From a virus (lineage: Duplodnaviria; Caudoviricetes): a stretch of 60,354 nucleotides of DNA. Made by a program: the position numbers and the translations under genes. Of the stretch, positions 37,199 through 44,912 are shown piece by piece. Below the pieces are notes generated by a model, which searched no databases, was not told the origin of the DNA, and saw nothing but the letters and a program-made list of their open reading frames with translations. The DNA lies in the IMG/VR virus record IMGVR_UViG_3300037520_000542, positions 1 to 60,354 of that record. The stretch is one strand, 5' to 3'. Numbering within the stretch: the stretch's first letter is position 1; every line of letters begins with the position of its first letter.

Positions 37199-38714
37199 GC
37201 CAGTCGTCCTCCGCGACTACCAGCAGGACACCGTCCGCAGCATCTGCCTCGCCGCGAAGGGGGGTGCCCGCCGCATCACCGTCGCCCTGCCCACTGGTGC
37301 TGGCAAGACGGAGGTGTTCGCGGAGTTGTGTCGGATCGCACGGTTCCCGCTCGTCATCGCTCCGCTCATCGAACTCATGCGGCAGGCTCGCGACCGCCTG
37401 CAACTGCGTCTCGGCGAGGGCTGTGACATCGAGCAGGGGGCGAACTTCGCGGAGTGGATCGAGGGTCTTCGTCGCCGTGTCATCGTCGGCTCGCGGGACT
37501 CGCTGCTCTCTGGCGACCGCTACAAGATGGCGGCGTATGACCGCGTGACGCTGGTCGTCGTGGACGAGTGCCACATCGGGACCACGCCAGCGTTTGAGAG
37601 GCTGCTGAACCACTTTGAGTCGCGAGGGGCGACCATCGTGGGCTTCTCCGCAACGCCCTTCAAAAAGAAGGGGAAGGCTCTGCGGTATTGGCCCCGCCCC
37701 GAAATCTCCTACGGCATGGCGGACTTCATCCGGCAGGGCTGGCTGGTCGGCCCGACGTGCCATCTCTCGGAGAGCAAGGCGTTCGACCTGACGCTGGTGG
37801 ACGAGGTGGCTCACGAATGGGATCAGAGGCAACTCGCAGCCGTCCTGACCGGCGAGCATTTCGCTCAGGAGATCAGCAGCCTCGTCCTCCAGACGCATGC
37901 CCGCATGCCCAGCGTTATCTACGCTGGCAAACTCAAGCAACTGCACCTGCTGCAAGACGTGTTCGCCCGCTACGGGTGCCGGGTGGCCGTCGTCCACAGC
38001 CGCCAGAACGAGGTCGAGCGTGCCGCCAACATGGAGGCGTTCCGGTGCGGTGACGCGAGAATCATCATCAACGTCGGCGTCCTGAGTTGCGGCTGGGACC
38101 ACCCCGAAGTCCGGAACATCTACTTCGCCGCACCGCAGCGATCCCTCTCGCGGTATGAGCAGCGTCTGGGTCGAGGCACACGCCCACTGCCGGGCGTGTT
38201 GCAGCCGGGCATGACGCTGGACGAGCGGCTGGCGGCTATCGCAGCGAGCGATAAGCCCACGTTCCATGTCTACGACATCACGGACTCCAGCCGCAACCAC
38301 CAGATTCTCAACGCCCTCGACGTTCTGGACGCCAAGACGCGGAAGTCGAAGGCCCGCCGGGAGCGTGTCGCCTCTGCCATTGGCAGCGAGGGTGTCAATG
38401 CGATGGATGCCATCGCCGCTCAGGACGCACACGACCTCGCGGAACTGGAGGCGAAGACCGCCGCCATCATCGAGAAGCGGAAGCGTCTGATCGTGGGCGT
38501 GACGTTTGACCACACGACACGCGACCTGTTCGCCGCACCGACCGGCCCCAAGAAGCGGGGCTGGCGGATGCTCTACGGCAAGTACGAGGGCGTGCCGCTC
38601 ACCGACATCCCTGCCGACTACCTGTCGTGGGTTCTCAACTCCACGAAGAAGGAGTCGCCGTTCAAGTCCGCTGTGCGCCGGGAACTGGTCGCACGCAAAA
38701 CGAAGGGCAAGTAA
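37179..38714 (+). CDS. Superfamily 2 (DExH) helicase with a C-terminal DUF3820-like motif
   Basis: LRDYQ, PTGAGKT, DECH, SATP, QRLGRGTR; GKYEGVPLTDIPADYLSW. Confidence 0.92.
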   Translation: MNTLTHEPVVLRDYQQDTVRSICLAAKGGARRITVALPTGAGKTEVFAELCRIARFPLVIAPLIELMRQARDRLQLRLGEGCDIEQGANFAEWIEGLRRRVIVGSRDSLLSGDRYKMAAYDRVTLVVVDECHIGTTPAFERLLNHFESRGATIVGFSATPFKKKGKALRYWPRPEISYGMADFIRQGWLVGPTCHLSESKAFDLTLVDEVAHEWDQRQLAAVLTGEHFAQEISSLVLQTHARMPSVIYAGKLKQLHLLQDVFARYGCRVAVVHSRQNEVERAANMEAFRCGDARIIINVGVLSCGWDHPEVRNIYFAAPQRSLSRYEQRLGRGTRPLPGVLQPGMTLDERLAAIAASDKPTFHVYDITDSSRNHQILNALDVLDAKTRKSKARRERVASAIGSEGVNAMDAIAAQDAHDLAELEAKTAAIIEKRKRLIVGVTFDHTTRDLFAAPTGPKKRGWRMLYGKYEGVPLTDIPADYLSWVLNSTKKESPFKSAVRRELVARKTKGK

Positions 38715-38715
38715 C

Positions 38716-39002
38716 CGCACACGCGCTGTTCATTTTCTCGTACCAGCCAGCGCATCGAAATCAAAACGGTCGAGCCAAAACAAACCGCCCTGAACTTGAT
38801 CGGGCGGCTGGGTGATGGCAGCACGAAATCCGGGCAACGGGCAGGTACTTGATCCTGCCATGCCGCCGCAAGGCCGCATGACTCGCTACGTCCCGGTGGT
38901 TTGCTGAAGAGGGGCCGAATAAGGCTGTCCATCGCCACCCCGTATGGGGTTGCTGAGCAGGGCTCCCGGCCCTCTTCAGCACGGAAGCGATGCGCACACG
39001 CG
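38716..39002 (+). ncRNA. Candidate structured non-coding RNA or origin element
   Basis: Nine complementary segments, a GCAA tetraloop, two ACTTGAT loops, flanking CGCACACGCG direct repeats. Confidence 0.55.
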
Positions 39003-39013
39003 GAGACATAACG

Positions 39014-39283
39014 ATGCCGAAAGACCTGATCCTGCTGCGGTACACCGACGCCAACAACCGGCGGCTCGCCGCTCTCTGTCGCCCGTCGAACGGCGTGGAG
39101 GTGCTGCGTGACGTTCTCGGCGCGGAGACGGAGTCCGACGAGGAGTGGTTTGCACAGCCTCACCAGTCGGCTGTGGTGATCGACACGGATGGCGCAGTGA
39201 CCATCACGTCGCAAGAGGACATGGCGAGCCTGTGCCTGTGGCTCGCTGTGGCTAGGCAATGGCTACAGGCTCATGGAGGGTGA
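39014..39283 (+). CDS. Hypothetical protein (89 aa)
   Basis: RBS GGAG. Confidence 0.7.
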   Translation: MPKDLILLRYTDANNRRLAALCRPSNGVEVLRDVLGAETESDEEWFAQPHQSAVVIDTDGAVTITSQEDMASLCLWLAVARQWLQAHGG

Positions 39284-39539
39284 GATGGGAAACATCATGG
39301 CAGCGGCTCTGAGCAAGTTGTTCAAGGAGAACTCCGACCTCGTCGCGGCTGCACACGCCGCTGCGGAGGTGCTGGCTCGTGGCAAGCAGTCCAGCGAGCA
39401 GGTGATGGACGTTGGCGACACGGGCTCTGGCCTGCGTCACGCGACGTTCCAGTGGCGGGTGGAGTTCCAGTCCCTCAACGACCTCAAGGACTTTGACAAC
39501 GCCATGACGGCGATCCTTGAGACGGTGCTGGAGGCATGA
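39273..39539 (+). CDS. Hypothetical protein (88 aa or shorter)
   Basis: Coupled ORF. Confidence 0.7.
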   Translation: MEGEMGNIMAAALSKLFKENSDLVAAAHAAAEVLARGKQSSEQVMDVGDTGSGLRHATFQWRVEFQSLNDLKDFDNAMTAILETVLEA

Positions 39540-40234
39540 GCAATGAAGTGCTGTCGGCGTTCGCAGACGAGTACCCGTTCTGTGCCGTGTGCTGGGCACG
39601 GCACCTGCCGCTGCACATCCACCATCTCCAGCAAGGTGCTGGGAGGGTCCACGACAGGCGTTGCCTCCTCCGTCTCTGCATGTATTGCCATGACGGGCTG
39701 CACAGCGGAGGCAAGCACGACCTCACCAAGTCCATGTGCCTCACCGCCAAGCGGGAGGTGGACGACGCCAACTACGACCCTGCGTTTTTGGCTTCGCTAC
39801 GTCGGAAGGTGCATCTCGGGTATGGGCCCGGACGCTACCCCTTCAGGGTCTTCATGTGGCGAGAGCGGAACGGAACCCCACCGGAGATAGAGCGCATGGC
39901 GATCAACAGCAGGCAGAAAGGCAAGCGTGGCGAGTTGGAGGCGGCGGCGGAATGGAACCGCCACCTCCCGCAGGCCCATGCCCGCCGGTCGCAGCAGCAC
40001 AGCGGCACGGAGTCGGCCAGCGACCTCATCTCGCCGGGCACGCCGCACCTCTGGCTGGAGGTGAAGCGTGTCGAGCGGGGGCTGAACCTCCACGCCGTCA
40101 TGGACAAGTCTCGCGAGCAGTGCGGCGACCTCTGCCCGGTGGTGCTGCACCGTCAGAACGAGAAGGAGTGGCTCGTGACGTTCCCGCTGGAGCAGATCGA
40201 GCGGTTCATCCAACAGGTGCAGGGGGCTCGGTGA
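39536..40234 (+). CDS. HNH-like Zn domain fused to an Hjc-type Holliday junction resolvase
   Basis: CAVC..HIHH..LCMYCHDGLH, then NSRQKGKRGELE...SDL...LEVKR. Confidence 0.75.
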   Translation: MSNEVLSAFADEYPFCAVCWARHLPLHIHHLQQGAGRVHDRRCLLRLCMYCHDGLHSGGKHDLTKSMCLTAKREVDDANYDPAFLASLRRKVHLGYGPGRYPFRVFMWRERNGTPPEIERMAINSRQKGKRGELEAAAEWNRHLPQAHARRSQQHSGTESASDLISPGTPHLWLEVKRVERGLNLHAVMDKSREQCGDLCPVVLHRQNEKEWLVTFPLEQIERFIQQVQGAR

Positions 40235-40527
40235 TGGCTGAAGACCACTCGTTCCTCATCAACGGCGTGCGGTGGCTGTGGCGCTACACCCGCCTGAAGG
40301 GTCAGGCTATTGGGTGGACGTTCATGCCTGACCCCAAGAATCAGTTGGTCCGCAAGAAGGTGTTGATTGACGAGAGGCTCAAGGGGCGTGCCCGTCTGAA
40401 TACGGAGATTCACGAGTTTCTGCACGCCGCCAACCCCACGCACAGCGAGGAGCATGTCACCCAGCAGGGCGACGATCTCACCCGCATCCTGTGGTCGCTC
40501 GGATACCGTCGCAAGGAGGACGCATGA
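40234..40527 (+). CDS. Small HExxH metallopeptidase-like protein
   Basis: TEIHEFLHA. Confidence 0.65.
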   Translation: MAEDHSFLINGVRWLWRYTRLKGQAIGWTFMPDPKNQLVRKKVLIDERLKGRARLNTEIHEFLHAANPTHSEEHVTQQGDDLTRILWSLGYRRKEDA

Positions 40528-40991
40528 ACGTCTCTCTGGAATGGTTTGAGGTGTCGCGTGCCGCCCTCGTCGGCGTGTCTCGCAACGTCGAGGCGATGCG
40601 GAAGGGCTGCGTCAGCAGGCTCTCGATCAGCGACGAGTGGAGTGCCCACATTCTGGGTGCGTTGGGCGAGGCAGCGTTTGCGAAGGCGACCAATCGCTAC
40701 TGGAGCGGAAGCGTCAACACCTTCAAGGCTGCGGACGTTGGCGACAACATTCAGATTCGCACGCGGAGCAAGCACTCCTACGACCTCATCGTCCGCGACG
40801 GCGACCGTGACGACGACGTGTATGTCCTCGTCACCGGAGGCCCAAACGACTTCACGCTGCACGGCTGGATGCGGTGCGGCGATGCCAAGCGTCCGCAGTT
40901 CAAGGCGAACTACGGCAACTACGGGGAGGCGTACTTCGTGCCGAAGTCTGCCCTGCACCCGATGGACCCCCTCATCTGCAAGGAGTGCTGA
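40524..40991 (+). CDS. Restriction-endonuclease-fold phage protein
   Basis: GALGEAAFAK...ADVG..IQIRT. Confidence 0.55.
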   Translation: MNVSLEWFEVSRAALVGVSRNVEAMRKGCVSRLSISDEWSAHILGALGEAAFAKATNRYWSGSVNTFKAADVGDNIQIRTRSKHSYDLIVRDGDRDDDVYVLVTGGPNDFTLHGWMRCGDAKRPQFKANYGNYGEAYFVPKSALHPMDPLICKEC

Positions 40992-40992
40992 C

Positions 40993-41517
40993 ATGAGGAC
41001 TCTTGGGACGACGATGATGCAGACGTTCACCGGCAAGGTCATCGACCTGTCCGACTTCACGGTGGACGATGTTCGGCTTCCGGACATCTCGCACGCACTG
41101 TCGCTCATCAACCGGTTCACGGGTCACTCCAAGTGCCCGTATTCGGTGGCGCAGCACAGCGTCATGGTCAGCAAGATTTGCGACCAGCGACACGCCGTAT
41201 GGGGGCTTCTGCACGACGCCAGCGAGGCGTATCTGGGCGACGTTGCCACGCCGCTCAAGAACATGCTTCCGGAGTACCGCGACCTAGAGGAACACATTCA
41301 ACGCACCATCGCCTCCAAGTTCGGCTTGGTGTGGCCCATGCCCAGCGAGGTGAAGGAGGCCGACCTGCGTGCGTTGATGGCGGAGAAGCGTGACCTGCTC
41401 ACTGTCGATCACGATTGGGGCATCGACGTTGAGCCGATGGCTGGCCCCATCCTGCCGTACTGCTGGCAGCAGGCAAAGCAGTTGTTTGAGGACCGCTACA
41501 AGGAGTTGATGCCGTGA
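40993..41517 (+). CDS. HD-domain 5'-deoxynucleotidase (YfdR/YfbR-like)
   Basis: DISHALSLINRFTGH..YSVAQHS..LLHDASEAYLGD..PLK..VKEAD. Confidence 0.92.
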   Translation: MRTLGTTMMQTFTGKVIDLSDFTVDDVRLPDISHALSLINRFTGHSKCPYSVAQHSVMVSKICDQRHAVWGLLHDASEAYLGDVATPLKNMLPEYRDLEEHIQRTIASKFGLVWPMPSEVKEADLRALMAEKRDLLTVDHDWGIDVEPMAGPILPYCWQQAKQLFEDRYKELMP

Positions 41518-41873
41518 TGAAGGAAACTGAGGGTGCGTCGGTCAAGTACGCCAGTGGTGCCGTCCGGTCGAGCGATGCGGAGTTGACGAGGTACGACCTC
41601 ATCAGCCCCATCGGTCTGGCTGCGGTCGCTGCGGCGTGCGCTGAGGGTGCGGCCAAGTATGGCGACTTCAACTGGGAGAGGGGCATGCCAGCCAGCGACA
41701 TGCTGAACCACGCCATCCGTCACCTCTACCTGTTTCTGGGCGGGGACCGAAATGAGGATCATCTCGGACATGCAGCATGGAATGTCATGGCTGCGATTCA
41801 CTCGCTGGAGGTGTGGCCGCACCTCAACGAGGGCACGTTGCGAAGCGGCTACTGCGAGGCACCAACAAAATAA
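41514..41873 (+). CDS. dATP/dGTP diphosphohydrolase (DUF5664-like)
   Basis: RYDLI...GAAKYGDFNWERG...HAIRHL...EDHLGHAAWN. Confidence 0.85.
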   Translation: MMKETEGASVKYASGAVRSSDAELTRYDLISPIGLAAVAAACAEGAAKYGDFNWERGMPASDMLNHAIRHLYLFLGGDRNEDHLGHAAWNVMAAIHSLEVWPHLNEGTLRSGYCEAPTK

Positions 41874-42400
41874 TGATTGCTCTCGTCGTAAAGGACTACG
41901 ACGACCAGAACATCACTGAGGACTGCGAGGCCGGATGGAGGCGGCTTTGCAGCGAGGTTCTCGTCAGGACTCACTACCACCTTGTCGAACTGTGCCGCCG
42001 ACACAGGCGTCTCGGGCGGTTCGGCATGCAGCCGTCGTCTCGCCGGGAGTGGGAAGACCTGCGCCGCCAGATTGCGTCGTACCGCTGGGTGTTTTGCGGC
42101 ACCGGCGGGGAGTTCAAGTTTGAGCAGACGTGCGAAGACGTGGGGCTCGACCCCGATCTCGTGCGACGGCAACTCCTGTCCCAGTGCCGCCCACGCCGGG
42201 ACATAAATCTTCTGGTGGACTGGGTAGTTCGCCAAGAGAAATCGCAGGACACGCGGTCGCGAACATGCAGCCGCCGTCGTGCGAGCGAGCCGTTCAATCT
42301 GGTGGATGCCGTGAGGGAGTTTCGCTCGGAGCATGCGGATCGAGAGGGCCGTAGAGGCGCTCAGACCCATGCGGTGTGTCGCTACGGAAGGAAGCGTTGA
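41873..42400 (+). CDS. Hypothetical protein (175 aa)
   Basis: TAATG coupling; FEQTCEDVGLDPD motif. Confidence 0.65.
   Translation: MIALVVKDYDDQNITEDCEAGWRRLCSEVLVRTHYHLVELCRRHRRLGRFGMQPSSRREWEDLRRQIASYRWVFCGTGGEFKFEQTCEDVGLDPDLVRRQLLSQCRPRRDINLLVDWVVRQEKSQDTRSRTCSRRRASEPFNLVDAVREFRSEHADREGRRGAQTHAVCRYGRKR
42199..42209 (+). promoter_or_regulatory. Putative late-promoter motif upstream of the membrane-protein module
   Basis: GGACATAAATC, identical to the copy at 22357. Confidence 0.5.
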
Positions 42401-42951
42401 TGCTCTCAGTGCTGCTCGTTGCCGCTGCTGCGGCCCTGTTCTTCGGCGTGGACGCCGAGAAACTGCGAAAGGTTGCGGACGCCGTGAAGGCCCGGTTCGA
42501 CGCCAAGACGGCACTTGCCTGCGGGCTGGTGCTGTTGGCGGCGCTGCTCCTGCCGTCGTGGGGAGGGCGAGACGATGGGCCGACGCCGGTGCCTGACGCT
42601 GGCCCGCTGTCGCTGAAGGGCGACTTTCGTGGCGACACGGCCAGTTCGGACGCCGCCATCATCGGCTCGCTCCTGAAGGAGTTGGCCGACGAGATCGAGT
42701 ACGACGGCATGCAGTCGGAGCCTGCTATCCGCACTGGCACGCAGATCGACCAGTTGCGGAAAGCCGCCCGGACGCTGCGATGCAGGGGGGAGAGCGTGGG
42801 CGAACGCCAGCCGGTGGCCCGAGACAAGATCGCCGCCTATCTGGAGGCGAACGTTGGCACCGATGGTGGACCCCTGACCCCCGAGACGCGGGCGCTCTGG
42901 GTGTCGGCGTTCCGTGACGTTGGGGAGGCGGCAAGTGACGCAGCGCAGTGA
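42400..42951 (+). CDS. Membrane protein with two N-terminal hydrophobic helices
   Basis: MLSVLLVAAAAALFFG...ALACGLVLLAALLL. Confidence 0.75.
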   Translation: MLSVLLVAAAAALFFGVDAEKLRKVADAVKARFDAKTALACGLVLLAALLLPSWGGRDDGPTPVPDAGPLSLKGDFRGDTASSDAAIIGSLLKELADEIEYDGMQSEPAIRTGTQIDQLRKAARTLRCRGESVGERQPVARDKIAAYLEANVGTDGGPLTPETRALWVSAFRDVGEAASDAAQ

Positions 42952-44059
42952 TTCGTCTTGGTCGTGGTCCGCGATCTCGTTCGTGATCTTCGCGGCCGTA
43001 CTGGGGACGGTCGTCTCCCGGTACGTCTCTCGGCTGGCGGATGGCGTCGAGAACAACTTCGGCTACCTGCCGGACCCGGTGGCAACGGCAGAGTTCCTCA
43101 GCGAACTTGACCAGCCACGATTCGCGCAGGCCGGTTCCGACTGCATGCAGAACGTGAAGCGGCAGGACACGTTCCTGTATCGCTACGCAAGCGACGCACA
43201 CCTTGCGGTGTATGGAAAGCCATTCACCGCATGGGATCAAGGCTCTGCCGGGACGTGCGTCAGTTTCGGGTGGGGCGTTGGTTCGTACATCGGGCAGGCG
43301 GTCGCATGGAAGCAGGGCGAGTTGCCTGCGCCGCCTAAACTCGTCGCGACTGAGCCCATTTACGCAGGTTCCAGAACGCTCGCGAGGCTCCCGCCGGTCA
43401 AGTTCGCGGGGTTCAGCGACGGCTCTTATGGAGCGGCAGCGGCTCGATGGGTGTCGGGCAAGTGCAAAGACCCGGCGGTCGGCGGGATTCTGTACCGGGA
43501 GGTGGTCGGCACCCACGACCTGACCCGCTACTCGATAGCACTGTCGCGTGAGTGGGGTGCCTATGGCCCGCCGCGTGACATCGCCATTGCCGCCGCCAAC
43601 AACCGTGCCCTCGCTGTGGCTCAGGTCACGACGTGGGACGAACTGGTCGCCGCGATCACGTCCGGCTACTGCGTGCCGATTTGCAGTGACGTTGGCTTCG
43701 CCGCCACGAAGGTGAGGGACAAGGATGGGTTCCTTCCCAGAGGCGGGCAGTGGAATCACTGCATGTGCTGCATTTCGATTCGCTTCGCAGACGGTCCCGG
43801 CAAGCGAGATGGCGTCCTCATCCTGAACTCGTGGCACCTCAACTGGGTGACGGGTCCGAAGTGGCCTGCCGACCAGCCCGATGGCTCGTTCTGGTGCAGC
43901 CGTGCCGACATTGAGGCGATCCTGCGGCAGGGCGATTCGTTCGCCATCGGGAGCGTCAACGGTTTCCCCTTCCGAGAGTTGGAGCATAGAGAATGGATGC
44001 AGCCGGTGCCTCAGCAGGCACGAGCGGCCACGCGAATCAACCATGCGTTGGCCCTGTGA
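42935..44059 (+). CDS. Membrane-anchored papain-like (C1) cysteine peptidase
   Basis: DQGSAGTCVSFG (catalytic Cys), NHCM (His), LILNSW (Asn); N-terminal TM helix. Confidence 0.85.
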   Translation: MTQRSDSSWSWSAISFVIFAAVLGTVVSRYVSRLADGVENNFGYLPDPVATAEFLSELDQPRFAQAGSDCMQNVKRQDTFLYRYASDAHLAVYGKPFTAWDQGSAGTCVSFGWGVGSYIGQAVAWKQGELPAPPKLVATEPIYAGSRTLARLPPVKFAGFSDGSYGAAAARWVSGKCKDPAVGGILYREVVGTHDLTRYSIALSREWGAYGPPRDIAIAAANNRALAVAQVTTWDELVAAITSGYCVPICSDVGFAATKVRDKDGFLPRGGQWNHCMCCISIRFADGPGKRDGVLILNSWHLNWVTGPKWPADQPDGSFWCSRADIEAILRQGDSFAIGSVNGFPFRELEHREWMQPVPQQARAATRINHALAL

Positions 44060-44067
44060 GCCCTGCC

Positions 44068-44331
44068 ATGTCGAAGCGAACTCTGGTTGCGGTCGGGGCT
44101 GCGTGCCTCATCGCCGGGTATCTGATCTCCTGCGTGCCGGGATTTGATCCTGTCAACCCGTTCGTTCCCAAGCGGCCGGACAGGCCAGTGGCGAGGCTGC
44201 TGGCCCGCATGGCGAAACTGGGGCTCTGGGTCATGGTGTTCGCGGAGCCCGCACCGCAGAGGTATCCGCAGCCGCAGTACGCACGGATGATCGAGTGCAG
44301 CAATGGTGTGTGTCATTCGGAGGGCTGGTGA
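44068..44331 (+). CDS. Small membrane or exported protein
   Basis: Signal-like N-terminus MSKRTLVAVGAACLIAGYLISC. Confidence 0.65.
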   Translation: MSKRTLVAVGAACLIAGYLISCVPGFDPVNPFVPKRPDRPVARLLARMAKLGLWVMVFAEPAPQRYPQPQYARMIECSNGVCHSEGW

Positions 44332-44579
44332 TGATTAGCGTCGTCTTGTGGCTGGTGTTCGGGTTCATCGCTGGGTCCATCGCAGAGTGGCTGTACCCGC
44401 CTGCGGCTCCGCAGCCCCGCTGGAAGACCATTGCCATCGGGGTAGTGGGCTCAGTGTGCGGTGGCCTACTGGGTTCCATCATTACGGGCAGCAGGTACGC
44501 TCCGGGTGGGCTCGTGATGAGCGTTGCAGGCGCCTTGCTCTGCATGTTTGTCTGGGCCAAATACAACGAGGTGCATTGA
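44331..44579 (+). CDS. GlsB/YeaQ/YmgE (transglycosylase-associated) membrane protein
   Basis: WLVFGFIAGSIA..L.P...TIAIGVVGSVCGG...SVAGA. Confidence 0.88.
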   Translation: MISVVLWLVFGFIAGSIAEWLYPPAAPQPRWKTIAIGVVGSVCGGLLGSIITGSRYAPGGLVMSVAGALLCMFVWAKYNEVH

Positions 44580-44905
44580 TGGCGTGGTTCTGGTCGTGGA
44601 TCGTATCGCTCTTGGTGTGGCTTTCTGCTGACCCCAGACAGATCGCCACTGAGCCCGCTCGATGCGCCGCTGCGGTTGCTGTTGCAAGGGCAACCGTTGT
44701 GGGTTCGCCTTCTGTTCGTGCTGGCGTGGAGAGCGTGGAGAAGGTGCCGACGCCGCAGTTCGACGCCCACGCCGCCAAGTGCAAGCGGTGTTTCAACAGG
44801 AACCCCAACGGGCCGGGCCTCTGTGACGAAGGGTTCCGGCTCCTGCAAGCGGACTTGAAGGACGCGAAGAAAACCTGCACGACCGGCACCTGCCCCACGA
44901 AGTAA
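44579..44905 (+). CDS. Exported Cys-containing protein
   Basis: Hydrophobic N-terminus, CxxC, C-terminal CTTGTCP. Confidence 0.65.
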   Translation: MAWFWSWIVSLLVWLSADPRQIATEPARCAAAVAVARATVVGSPSVRAGVESVEKVPTPQFDAHAAKCKRCFNRNPNGPGLCDEGFRLLQADLKDAKKTCTTGTCPTK

Positions 44906-44912
44906 GGCGTCC

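Noticed and set aside
36906-38720. 604-aa minus-strand ORF and similar long antisense ORFs (7492-8859, 14912-16540, 49871-51280)
   Set aside because: Each mirrors a well-supported gene on the opposite strand
38716-39002. Calling the structured element a group I intron
   Set aside because: The helix order is similar, but the conserved P7 and catalytic-core sequences and an interrupted gene are not evident
40993-41873. Z-genome (2-aminoadenine) biosynthesis cluster
   Set aside because: No PurZ/PurA-like gene or DNA polymerase is seen in the genome
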